DNA of 64,000 nucleotides from the human T2T-CHM13v2.0 reference genome, Homo sapiens, in assembly GCF_009914755.1 (NCBI RefSeq), contig NC_060929.1. One strand, written 5' to 3'. Positions 51,660 through 64,000 of this stretch are shown piece by piece. The position numbers and the translations under genes are program-made. Position 1 is the stretch's first letter. Each line of letters begins with the position of its first letter. Under the pieces are notes generated by a model. That model did no database searches. It saw nothing but the letters and a program-made list of their open reading frames with translations, and was not told the origin of the DNA.

Positions 51660-51900
51660 ATAATAATAACCTCCTCAGCAGTAGTGTGCTTGCTGTAAGC
51701 CAGGTGCTTCACTAAGCACATTTATTATAGTATCTCATTATATAACTACCTGTTAATATTGTCTGTGTTATGCTATGAAAGGAAATCAGAGCATTAAAGA
51801 GTGACAAAAATTGTCTAAAGCTACATAGGTAGTAAGTGGTAGACTCAGATTGAAATGTCAATGTGTTGAATTGTGAATGCCATTCTTTTAACCATTATGC
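51660..51900 (-). mobile_element. MIR SINE
   Basis: aagccaggtgcttcactaagcac...tatctcatt...aggaaatcagagca...ttgtctaaagctacataggtagtaagtgg...tttaaccattatgc. Confidence 0.7.
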
Positions 51901-52439
51901 CTTTCCAATTCTACTTTACAAACTTGGATGTGCTACCTGGTAACACTGTTAACGCTGGGAAAGCCAAAGGAAAAACAATTATTATTTTTCCTTTGAAAAA
52001 TTGTTATTTGTCATTCATTAAGATGGGTGCTTTCTCATACTTTACCTCATTTAATTCTCAATACAATGAATAAGAAAATATAAAATGTGTATTTATACCT
52101 TTTAAACACACAGAAGCAAAGGATTCTCCAACTCTCACTCTATTGCCACCAAATTTATTTCTTATGGGGATTTCTCTTTCTCTACAATCTTCTGCAAAAG
52201 AGAGCATGTTTTGCCATTTTCTCTCCTTTATTTCTTGTTCCTAAATTTAGCTCAATATGAGGGAATAAAAGCCTGGTGTGAAAAACTCTTTTTTCCTAGG
52301 TGGCATCTCTCCTCCCTCTCTTTCTTTCTGTCTTTCATTTTCTCAGTTTCAACCTATTAGTAGTAATAATTTTTAAAAAGAGTCATATATACATATTAAT
52401 CACAGAATTTAACCTAGATGTTTACATAGATTTAAATAA

Positions 52440-52864
<425 letters not shown>

Positions 52865-53361
52865 TGTATGTAATCGTTTATTCATTTTACAGAGATCATT
52901 AGAATTTTCTCTCCTGCTTTCTCATGCACTCCATTCCAGGTGACATCCTATACACAAGCCACATATACAGTGAGAAACTGCCTACGCTGAGTTGACCTCA
53001 AGTAGGTAGAAGGCTTTACGCAGCTTCAAAAGTCCCTCATTTGCTCTCATCAAAAAAGGATATCTGCAAGGGGACTAGAGACATTTATTCTAACATGTGC
53101 ATCAGGACTCAAACAACTTCTGAGGTGTCCTCAGGCACCCAGAGGGCTCTATTGTCCTACTTCTCCTTGTTGCCTGTGTTCTCCTTTCAATCTCAGCCTA
53201 AAGTTCTTGTGGCTTTGGGACATCACTGTAGCTCCTTGTTGGGTATTCTCTCCCTTTAATTATTTCATGTGATAGATCTTGCTTCTTTTCCCCAAGGAAA
53301 GGGATTCAGAGTGGGTCAGTCGAATTTCTTAATCCTCAATCAGACAAAAAAGTAGATCATG

Positions 53362-53490
53362 AAAAATAATTGATGGGTGTTAGGCTTAATATCTGGGTGA
53401 TGAAACAATCTGTACAGCAAACTCTCATGATACAAGTTTACCTACATAAACCTGCACTTCTACTCCTGAACTTAAAATAAGAGTTAAAAA
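53362..53490 (+). mobile_element. Heavily 5'-truncated L1PA 3' end (~130 bp)
   Basis: ctgggtgatgaaacaatctgtacagcaaac...aacctgcac...ctgaacttaaaataa. Flanks aaaaaagtagatcatg / aaaaaatagattatg are TSD-like. Confidence 0.85.
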
Positions 53491-53585
53491 ATAGATTATG
53501 ATAAGATTTTCATTAATAAGAAACTGTTTGTTGCATTTCTAACACAGGGGCCTTCAATACCTCAACTTAAAGAATGGAAAGAATA

Positions 53586-53899
53586 GGCCGGGTGCAGCGG
53601 CTCATGCCTGTAATCCCAGCACTTTGGGAGGCCGAAGGGGGAGGATCATGAGGTCAGGAGATCGAGTCCATCCTGGCTAACACAGTGAAACCCCGTCTCT
53701 ACTAAAAATACAAAAAAAATTAGCTGGGCGTGGTGGCAGGTGCCTGTAGTCCCAGCTACTTGGGAGGCTGAGGCAGGAGAATGGTGTGAACCTGGGAGGC
53801 GAGCTTGCAGTGAGCCAAGAGTGCACCACTGCACTCCAGCCTGGGCAACAGAGCGAGACACCATCTCAAAATAAATAAATAAATACATAAATAAACAAA
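53586..53899 (+). mobile_element. Full-length AluY
   Basis: gagatcgagtccatcctggctaacac and gagcttgcagtgagcc. Perfect 17-bp TSD aaagaatggaaagaata. Confidence 0.96.
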
Positions 53900-56800
53900 A
53901 AAGAATGGAAAGAATATTGGCAAGGTAGATTTTGCCAGAGAGTATCAGTGAGATGCTTTTAAAGAGAAGCAGCTTTAAGCAGCATTGTTTCTTTTCTGAT
54001 TAGTCAGCTCTTCTGTTTTATTCTAAATTAGCTTTCATTGCTTTTTGTGAAGATCAGGTATTGGTAAGGACTCCTTATTGCATTTTCCTAATCTGAAACT
54101 ATGATGTTATTATCACTTGTTCCTAAAATACATCTATACCATAAAAAGTTTGGGGCAATTACTTTATTTCTGGCTCAATGTCTCCCAAGATGATCTCAAA
54201 CACAAAATCATTACTGTTAATATTTATAAAGTCTCTCAAAAAGTATGGATTTTTCTAATTTATAAATTTGTATGCTTCTTGCAGAAAATCCTTAAACCTT
54301 TCTTATTTTTTTCTTTTCTTATGTATCAGTGTGAAATCAATTTGAAAGTTATTAAAAGGCTTTACATGGTGCTCTTCACTTGCAAATTGGTGGGACAACA
54401 TTCATTATGATAAAAATAACAGTAAAATAAGTATGATTTTATTCACAACAATATTATTCTTAATCATATTTAAAAGAATAAAAAGATAATTTACTTATAA
54501 TTACAACAAAGTTCTTAGCAAACCATGCAGAATAACTTTTTTCATTACTAAAATATCATAGTGTGTGTGTCTGGGTGAGTGTCTCTATGTAATTACCATC
54601 TGTGTCGGGGTGTTCATTTCTAGCACTTCAGTAGTCTCTCTTTTGTACTTCTGTCAGTCACCCCAAAAATGTACTGATAGTGTTGGCTAAATGAATAATG
54701 CAATAACACTTTTATTCTACTTGCATTTTATGTAATAACTAATAATGTTAAAAAAATGCTTCAGATTTATTTTACACACCAAATAAGCATATTGTATAAA
54801 CATGTTACATACATGATAGTTATGTTATCTGACAATGTTAGAAACAGGCATTTCTGACACTCTTCAATATTTTTATTTTTATGTAGGAATCATAACAAAT
54901 GCCTAAGGAACTTAATGTCTACAAAACTATTTCTGCTGTTTAAAAGATACCTAGCAACTGGAATGTTAAATTTGCTCTATTTGTATAAGTAGTTATGCTG
55001 TTGTCAGATTGAGATGAGTAACTCCAGGACCTATGAAAACTCTACTTTCTATTCCTATATGACTTCAACAATTCTGCTCTATCTAGTAAGTGATTTATGC
55101 ACAAAACTCAAGGCAAGTATTTGAATACATCTTACACTTTCATTGGTAATGGCTTTATGTGGACAAAAATGCTATCAATTCTGAATTTTCCTTTCGGAAT
55201 GCAAAACCTATGAAACATTTCAATAAATATAACACAAGCAGAATCACCCTCTTTACCAATCCTCAAGATTTTGAAATGTTTAACAAACCTGACATTTTTT
55301 ATTTTTATTTATTTATTTAGTAAAAAAAGCAGATAGGAAAATTCGGCCTATTTTTTGTACTTAGTATGGGTCACTAGAGAGATAGAGAGAGTGAATGGTC
55401 TTTCAATAACCTCAAACTACAATGTGTTCAAAAGGGGAAATTGGAGAGGCACATGAACTTGAATTATGATTATAGAGAAAGTGCCAGAGCACCCAGCTCT
55501 GCACCTGGGAGTACAGAATTCTTAAAACGAGGAAATGCTTACTCAGATTCCTCCAAATATGGAACAAACCACTTGGGGAAGCAACACATTTTAACTTTAC
55601 TGGTTCTTTTCAAAATAAGATCACCAAACTTCTTGAATAGGACACTAATACAACAGACACACAAACAAAACCAAAGACAATGAAGAGACTCTATGTTGAT
55701 ACATGTGTGGCTACTTAGTCATGAGGGTTAGATAACTCAGGAGTCTGTAAAAACTAGACTAGAAAAGACCAGGAGAGGCGTGAGGGTGGGAGATGGCCGG
55801 TAGCTTCCTAAGTTCATATGTTGTTTAAGACCAAGGGTAATATAAACACTATCACACAACAAGCTTTACTTTGTTAAAAGAATCAGTGTGAAGCATTCAT
55901 AGCTTTAACTAAACTTTTGTGTTAACTGTTTTCATTCCCCGCTGCTTACCTCTGGGCTGAGTTCCTCTTTTCATGCCTGCAGATCAGAGCATAATTGGAC
56001 CTGCTCTTTTTCCCTAAAATATTTTCAAGAACAAAATGGCTTAGCATCCCATAGAGAAAAACATTCCTGATGTTTAATTATACTTCTCAGTAGATGTAGA
56101 ATTGTGGGATATTAAACCTGTTTACTTTTTGTTTGACAAGAGATATGTCTCTATTATTTTTCTATTATGTTCCCCCTTGGACACTAGTCACAACATTTTT
56201 CTTTGCATTCTTTTTCTCTCTGCCTTTTAGATGTTTGCCTTTAGGGGCGCTGACAAAAAACATTTTATTTGGTGGATCTGCATTAGAAATCACTTCTTTT
56301 CCTGACAAGCTATTTAAAATGTCACTTGTGCCTTGTGAAGGCTTTTAGAAAAATACAGAGACCTGGACCCAGATGACCCAAACTGTGTTTCTGCAAGGAT
56401 TGCAATTTCCTTTTGAGGATTATGGTTCCAGGGAAGATTGCTTCTAAATATCTGTGAGAGAAATACTTTCCAGAATTATTGCTGTTGTTTACTCTATATT
56501 GATTTTTAGAGTATTTTACCTCACTTCATATAAAGGACAAATAATAAAATATCATTTAATTATTGTAATATTAAATATAACAGTGTAATTATTTCTCAAA
56601 CACAAGAGATCAAAGTGTATCTCTTCAGGATGTGCTTTTTGACTACTGATTATCAAGTACAATATAGCCAATTTCAGTTGTTTGTTCTACCAATTACACT
56701 TCTCTGAAGATCAAAAAGCTGGAGAATAGGAATTAGTGTAGCTCCCCTATACTAATTATCATCCAGTTATGAAATACAAAGCTATAAGAGTGGTGCTTTT

Positions 56801-57617
56801 GAAGAAAATTGACGTGTGAGTTAAAATATGCATGTTCATTGATCACAAATGGATGAGAAATGTCACCCAGTTATTACACAGAAAAGAGCTGATTGAAAAT
56901 AGGTGACTTTTACCAAACGTGTGTGAACAATTTCCACTGTTCATTAAAGTACAAGATATCTACATCATCCATAAGGTGGATATGATGTTGGAAATGCATT
57001 AAACAGATTTCAGTGGTTACTACCATGATAAGTGTTTTGAATTAATCTAATTGTTACTATACTTTGTGTTCTCTGACATTTCATCAAGGGGACATAGGGA
57101 AGCAAAATTCTTTTCAGAATGTCAGGAATTTAATTGCCCAAGTAGAAGGAAGAAGCATTGGCTTATGAATAAATAACTATGTTTTTAATTTGAAGAAGAT
57201 CACCAACTATTCTTTTTACAAAGGATTTGGGCACATAAGTGCCTGTCACTGGGAATATAGTAGTGAATGACACAGGCATAGAACCTGCCATCAAAGAGTT
57301 TGAAGTGTGGCATTATTCAATGAAGTAATGAGTTCTGTGATTGGATTATAAGGGACATAGAGTGTGCTATGGAAACTGATAGAAAAAACATTTGAACTCC
57401 ACTTGTAGGGGCCAAAAAACACTTGTATGAAATGTATCTTGAGTTCTGAAGGTCAATAGATCTAGTCAGACAAAAAGTCAACTTACTGTGACAGACAGCA
57501 AACATGAAATCTCAGACATAGGAACCAAATGATAGCAACCATGGCTGGGTCATAGACTGCTTGAGATTAAGAAAAAGCAGATATGATGCAGCATCCAAAC
57601 CTCACGTTGAAATGGAT

Positions 57618-58092
57618 GCAGCCATATTCACCATATAAAGATATGGAATCAACCTAAGTTTCCATATCTTAAGATATCTAAGATACAGAATCAATCCATC
57701 ACAAAATGACTGGATAAAGAAATGTGGTGTATATACAAAATGGAATACTATTCACACATAAACAAGAATTAAATCATGTCTTTTGTGGCAACATGGATAG
57801 AACTGGAGGCCATTATCTTACGTGAAATAACTCAGAAACAGACAAATACCGCATGTTCTCACTTATAAGTAGCACTAAATAATGTGTACAAATGAACATA
57901 GAGTATGAAATGATACACACTGGAGACTCAGAGCTTGGGGGATGGAAAAGTGTGAGGGAGGATAAATAACTTAATGGGTACAATGTATATTATTTGAGTG
58001 ATGGATACCCTAAAATGCCAGACTTCACCCTATGCAATATATATTGCATATAACAAAATTGTACTTGTACCCCTTAAATATATACAAAAAAA
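57618..58092 (+). mobile_element. L1 3' end (L1PB4/L1MA1-like)
   Basis: ggataaagaaatgtgg...gcatgttctcacttataagt...aatgggtacaatgta...gtacttgtaccccttaaat followed by an A tail. Confidence 0.9.
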
Positions 58093-58510
58093 TGGGTGTC
58101 CAGTGGGGGTTTTAATTATGTCTTTAAAAAGCAGGGAAACTACAAGAGAAGCCTTAACATGGGGGTAATAGGGCAAGCTTGTATTCAGAGATATCAATTT
58201 TCTGTCAGTATATGGCATTATCTTGTGTAGAAAAGGAATACGGTAATGCAGCCATAAGGCAAGTGACAGATGAAGGTGATAAGAACTGTGGGGAAACAAC
58301 GAGGGAAAGCCAGGGGAGAGAAAGTTAGAAGGCAGGATTGAAAGGACCACATGTTAATTGGATCTGTGGGAAGTGACAAGTGGGAAGGCAAAGATGTTTG
58401 CTGGATTCCTAACTTGACACATTGGGTGGATTAGAGTGCCACTTACTGAGATGGTAAAGAGAGAAGACATAGAAAAGGTTTTGAGGCGAGATTAGGGAAT
58501 GCACTGATAT

Positions 58511-58616
58511 CTCCCTCCCTCTGCCCCTCCCTCCCTCTCTTTTCCTCCCTCCCTCCCTCCCTACTTTCCTTCCTTCCTTCCTTCCTTCCTTCCTTCCTTC
58601 CTTCCTTCCTTCTTTC
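58511..58616. repeat. (CCCT)n/(CCTT)n polypyrimidine STR
   Basis: Directly visible. Confidence 0.95.
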
Positions 58617-59359
58617 AACATATAGTTACTACCTCTGTGACAGACACTGATCTAGGTGATGAGCCTGCAGCAGTAAACAAAGCAAGGTTCTCATCTTCAC
58701 AGAGCTTACAGTCCCATTGGAGCAACCATCAGCAGGTAAGACAGTAAATCTGAGATGAACAATAAGGAGAAAGAGATAGGGTGGGTGATATTTTAGGTAG
58801 AATGGTAAGGGAAAACTGAAAAATTAGTTTCAGCTAATATTAGCGACAACAAGCTCTGCACAAAAGGGTCAGAGATTTTGCCAGAGTTAACCCTTAGTGT
58901 TCTATCTCTGAAATAAAAAGCTCAGAAGTTCTCCTTCTAAGAATGTCAATGGTGTTAAATTTAAATAGCTCAGTTTGACTTTGATTATCCAGCAAGAGTA
59001 GAGGCAAAAAAGTGGCCTTTTCTGTTAGGTCGCAGTCAGGAGGTGGGAGGATGTGAACACTTCTCCACGTCAGTACTAGCAGATATGGCCATCCATATTC
59101 TTCACTTTTCCTGAACTCTGAAACTGAAATACATTCATTCATCTAATCCTGCAATACAGAACCCCTGAAAATCACCTATGGATTTATAACTTTGCCAAAT
59201 TTATGCTCATTCAACTTTATTTGGTTCAAAGCTCTACACGCGAACTTTCATATATTCTTGGCACAGCATTTAGGTAAGTGACTTTCTCTCCCTTCAACTC
59301 CACTAAAACTTATTTTCTCCTATAGTATACATATTTTTGTTTTTCATGTGCCTTTTTAA

Positions 59360-60525
59360 ATTTTTTAAAATTTATTTTTTAATTGACACATAATAATTGT
59401 GCATAATTATGGGAAACAGTGTGATGTTTCAACATAGGTATACGATGTGTAATAATCAAGTTAGGGCAATTAGCATATCCATCATTTCAGAAATTTATCA
59501 TTTGTTTGTGGTGAGAGCATTCAAAATTTTCTCTTGTAGCTATTTTGAAATATATGTTATATTAACTATAGTCACCATGCTGTGCAATGGAATACTAAAA
59601 CTTATTTCTCCTATCTAACTGTAACTTTGACCAATTTGTTTCTATACATCTTTTTCCCTCCCCCTGCCACAGCCTCTGCTAACCTCTAATCTACTCTCTA
59701 CTTCTATGGGATCATCTTTTTCAGATACCGCATATGAGTGCAATCATGAGGTATTTGTCATTCTGTGCCTGGCTTATTTCACTTAACATACTGTCCTCCA
59801 GGCTCATCCAAGTTGCTACAAATTACAGAATCTCATTCTATTTTATGGCTGAATAGTATTCTACTGTGTATATATACCACACTTTCCTTGTCCACTCATC
59901 TGCTGATGGACACTTAGGTTGATGCCATATCTTGGCTGTTGTACATAGTGCTGCAATAAATGTGGGAGTGCAGACATCTCTTTGACATACTGATGTTATT
60001 TCCTTTGGATACAGACCCAGCAATGGCATTTTGGGATCATATGGTGGTTCTATTTTTAATATTTTGAGAAACCTTCCTACTCTTGCCTATAATGACTGTA
60101 CGAGTTTACATTCTCACCAACAGCAATATGAATTCCCTTTTCTCCACATCCTTGCCAGCACTTGTTACTTTTTGCTTTTTTGATAATAGCCATTCTAACT
60201 GAGGTGAGATGATATCTCACTGTGTTTGTAATTTACATTTCCCTGAAGATTAGTGATGTTGAGCATTTTTTCATGTGCCTGTTGGCCATTGTATGTCCCC
60301 CTTTTGAGAAATTCTATTCGGATTGTGGGATAAGAACTCAAACACACAGATTTAGAAGCAAAAATAGATAAATGGGATTACATCAAAATAAAAAGCTTCT
60401 TCATAGCAAAGGAAACAATCCACAGCGCAAAGAGACAACTGACAGAATGGGAGAACATATCTATAAACTATGCATCTGACAAGGGGTTAATATCCAGAAT
60501 CTATAAGGAACTCAAACAACTCAAT
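59360..60525 (-). mobile_element. L1MA-type insertion with 5' inversion (59360-60323 minus; ~60326-60525 plus)
   Basis: ORF 59838-60029(-) PLLGLYPKE...CTPTFIAAL...W.QPKCPS.DEW is L1 ORF2p. The adjacent plus-strand piece is the ORF2 segment just upstream. Confidence 0.9.
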
Positions 60526-60551
60526 GAAATAGAAACATAGAATTCACGTGT

Positions 60552-60913
60552 TTTTGTTTTGTTTTGTTTTGTTTTTTGTTTTTTGAGACGGAGTCTCCCT
60601 CTGTCGCCCAGGCTGGCGTGCAGTGGCGCGATCTCAGCTCACTGCAAGCTCCGCCTCACCGGTTCACGCCGTTCTCCCGCCTCAGCCTTTGCAAGCTCCA
60701 CCTCACGGGTTCACGCCATTCTCCTGCCTTAGCCTCCCGAGTAGCTGGGACTACAGGCACCCGTCACCACGCTCGGCTAGTTTTTTGTATTTTTAGTAGA
60801 GACGGGGGTTTCACTGTGTTAGCCAGGATGGTCTTGATCTCCTGACCTCATGATCCACCCGCCTCGGCCTCCCGAAGTGCTGGGATTACAGGTGTGAGCC
60901 ACCGCGCCCAGCC
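60552..60913 (-). mobile_element. AluY with a 47-bp internal tandem duplication
   Basis: AluY diagnostics; TSD aattcacgtgt (60541-60551, 60915-60925); duplicated block at 60643-60689 / 60690-60735. Confidence 0.95.
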
Positions 60914-61019
60914 CAATTCACGTGTATTTTTTTAAGTAGCTAATAACATGTATTTCTATTTGAAGTAGTAAAAAATAAAATGTAAAATTCAGACTAGAGC
61001 AGCAATAAATCTAGCTTGC

Positions 61020-61880
61020 CCTTCTGAAAATTCTTTAATGAGTTCTCATTATTCCTGGGTTAAAGTTCGCACCTCTTACACAGGCATCAATGAAGCTGCT
61101 CTTTTTTACATATTCACCACTCCATTGTCATGTTCTATCAAACTAATGTGGTGCTGGAGGGTGTCAGGAATGCACCCAACATATCTCTGTGCTTTTAGCA
61201 CATAGTGTGATTTCCATTAGGAGCTAATGGTCTCTCTTTTCCTGTCTGTCTAAATTCAAGCTATTCTTTAATTTACAGATAAGGGAATTCCTCTTGGCCT
61301 CTCTGTTTAAGTCAGGAGCTATTTTTTGTGCATTGACAGCAGTCTGTACATATGTTCCATGATGGCAGACCACAAGCATTGTGACTACTCGTTCTTTAGT
61401 TCCCCTCTCCCACCATCAGGCTGAGCATATTATGCATAGGAACTAGGCCTTGTCAACATGTATCCCTAGCACCTAGCACAGCACCTAACACTTAAGAGGT
61501 ACACAATAGTTACTGAGTAAATTCAATGGATGAATGTCAATGAACAAATATGGTTGAATCTTACACATTAAGATTTTATAATGTGTTAAAACGTTAACAA
61601 CAAAAGCAAAAGCAATTGCCTCAATTCTAATACAACAGCCACAGAAATTAATTTGGAATATTCACTCAATCTTGGTCAACAATATTTTCTGAGGATAAAC
61701 TCTGTAACAGACACTATCTTAGGTACTGAGTTGCAGCTTTGAATAAAAGAAACAAAAAGCCTGCCTTCATAGAGCTCACATTCTAATAATGGGGAGTGGG
61801 GAGAAAAACAATAATCAAATAAATTTAAAAGAATACGGTTGATAAGATTTTAAACATTACAGAAGAAAATAATAGAGAAG
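61020..61880. mobile_element. Two opposed L2 3' fragments (plus ~61020-61540, minus ~61660-61880)
   Basis: tatccctagcacctagcacagcacctaacac...ggatgaatg on plus; cagacactatcttaggtactgag...cctgccttcatagagctcacattcta on minus. Confidence 0.6.
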
Positions 61881-62657
61881 AGTAATAGGAAATTATGGGG
61901 GCAGGTTTGTAATTTTTAATTTATATTACCATAATGATGGTAATATAAATTATCCAAAATTTATATCTATATTAATGAAATATATTTCCCTCTATTGTTT
62001 ATAGATTTTGGCAATAAGAAAGAAATATGGCAGTTGAGATTAGAAAGGGAGAAAAGTTTAAATAAAGAAGAGAGATGAAATCAATATCCTTGTAATTCAG
62101 TTTTGGGAGAGAAGAAAGTTGAACTGACAAAGAAGAAAGTCTTAAGGCTACATTGCTAGAATACAGAGAACTGAGATGTTACCAGAGAAGTCAGCATTTT
62201 CTGATAAGTTTTGAACTTCAGTATGGAGTTATCTTGGGCAATGCTATAGCCAAAAACTTCTAGATATTGGGAAGGGAGACTGGAGAAGCAATGAACACCC
62301 TGTCCCTCTTAATTGCAAGGAATTAAATATGTCAGCGATACTTACCTAAATATTTTGCTTTCTAAGACATCCAACTATTCTATGTCCAAAATAGTTATGT
62401 AGAAATCAACAATAGATTAAATATACACACAAAATTTTATATTATATATTAAATATAATATACATATTTCTCAATTTTGACCTGGTTCAGAATTTTTCAT
62501 CACCTTCCTGAGATGGGAAAAGCTTCTCAAGAAGGTTGATCAACATCTGATTCAGGTGAGCTAGGCAGTGAGTCTCATCCTGTGAAACGTCCTCCAGTAG
62601 ACACTCGTCCACCCATGGCAGCCATGGGGCAGAGTAGGGGGCAGTGGTGATATGAGA

Positions 62658-63105
62658 GCAGCATTTCTCATCACCAGTAGCATCAACCTCTCTGGCAGGT
62701 TGTTAGAAATGCAGAATCTTGAGGCACACTCTAAAACCTCTAAAAAAGATCCCCAGGTAACTTGCGTGCCTGTTCTTAAGGTTTGAGAGTTGCTGGTCGA
62801 CAGCAGCAGTGTCCAACTGGGGCTACATAATAGAGTTACCTGGGAAATTTTTTTTTTAAATCCCAATAATTAGGCCACATTCTTATATATTCTGTTTTTG
62901 TCAGAATCAACTGTATATGTCTCAAACTGTGGTTCCTGGTTTCTTTTCTACAACTGAAAGAAATCTACCAAAGTTTTGACCTACTAAACCCACTAAGGTT
63001 TGACTTGTGAAATCAGCACTCCAGGAATGAGACCCAGGAATCTGCTTCTTTATTTAAGTCACATAGCAGTTGATTCCTATATGTACCAAAATATAAGGTG
63101 TGGCT
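62658..63105. mobile_element. MER5-family (hAT-Charlie) DNA transposon relics
   Basis: gcatcaacc...ttgttagaaatgcagaatctt...aagatccccaggt...aggtttgagag; aatcagcactccaggaatgagacccaggaatctgc. Confidence 0.7.
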
Positions 63106-63380
63106 TGGAGGATGAAAAATAATGGATTCCACTGTAAAAAAAAAAAAAAAAGAGTTTCTCTATGTTTATTATTTGAATCAATATGCAAAGTATGCAATGG
63201 AATACTTTTGCATATATACACTGGTAGTTGATAACTTTGTCAAAATTTATAATTAGAGGTTTTAAATACCATAGAAAAATATGGATGAATTAGTGAGTGT
63301 GAGGAAATAAAAATACTGAGTCTCTCCAGAGACAGACATTTAGATAGTTATCTTCAAGACATTTAAAAATATTCTACCAC

Positions 63381-63742
<362 letters not shown>

Positions 63743-63797
63743 TCATTATGCTGATAATAAAAAAATCATGCAAGATGAATGTTTCTCTTCTAAAGAA

Positions 63798-64000
63798 GCA
63801 GTCAGCAAACTTTTTCTGTGAAAGACAAAATGGCCAATATTTTTAGCTTTTCAGGCTCTACAATCTTTTTCTGCTCTACTATTCAACTCTGGCTTTGTGG
63901 CTTGCAATCAGCCATTGACAAGATGGAAATGAATAGCTGTGGCTGTATTCCAACCAAACTCTATTTACAAAAACAAATCATGGGCTATTTTTCTGGCCCC
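63798..64000 (+). mobile_element. MER58A-like (hAT-Charlie) DNA transposon
   Basis: gtcagcaaactttttctgtgaaag...aatatttttagcttt...ctactattcaactctg...tgtggctgtattccaa...ctatttacaaaaaca. Confidence 0.8.

Larger units (their letters stand above)
57200..58820 (-). mobile_element. Degraded L2 fragments, interrupted by an L1 and a (CCTT)n tract
   Basis: gtcactgggaatatagtagtgaat...cctgccatcaaagagttt; gtgccacttactgagatgg; cagacactgatctaggtg...cttcacagagcttacagtc. Confidence 0.55.

Noticed and set aside
56236-56254. CTCF-like motif gcctttaggggcgctg
   Set aside because: Only the 3' half matches; the 5' half and spacing deviate from the core consensus.
62440-62462. 11-bp inverted repeat tattatatatt/aatatataata
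   Set aside because: Pure TA low-complexity sequence that is trivially self-complementary.

Overview
This is primate nuclear DNA, most likely human or another ape. It is AT-rich (roughly 35-37% GC by eye) and CpG-depleted, and reads as intronic or intergenic sequence. AluY copies and a HERV-W LTR17 point to a catarrhine origin. I found no credible protein-coding gene, RNA gene, CRISPR array or prokaryote-type system. The supplied ORFs are short and trace to Alu, L1, LTR, microsatellite or random AT-rich sequence. The window is a mosaic of interspersed repeats: about 15 Alu copies or fragments, several L1 3' fragments, L2, MIR, MaLR LTRs (THE1, MLT1, MST), solo ERV LTRs (LTR17, MER41A, a MER73-like copy), MER5/MER58 DNA transposon relics and simple repeats. 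It opens with what looks like the 3' end of a processed retrocopy. The most notable observations are structural: a TSD-flanked Alu with an inverted 5' end (6487-6780); an apparent ~400-bp inversion bracketed by two purine-pyrimidine microsatellites that splits both an L1 and an Alu (10529-11471); a twin-primed L1 with an internally duplicated AluY at its edge; several perfect hairpins and template-switch scars; a nested L2/LTR cluster; and a CpG-enriched unique patch with promoter-like layout (8701-9060). Repeat subfamily names come from my memory of consensus sequences, and boundaries of old repeats are approximate. I could not identify the locus or host gene and see no evidence of a new biological system.
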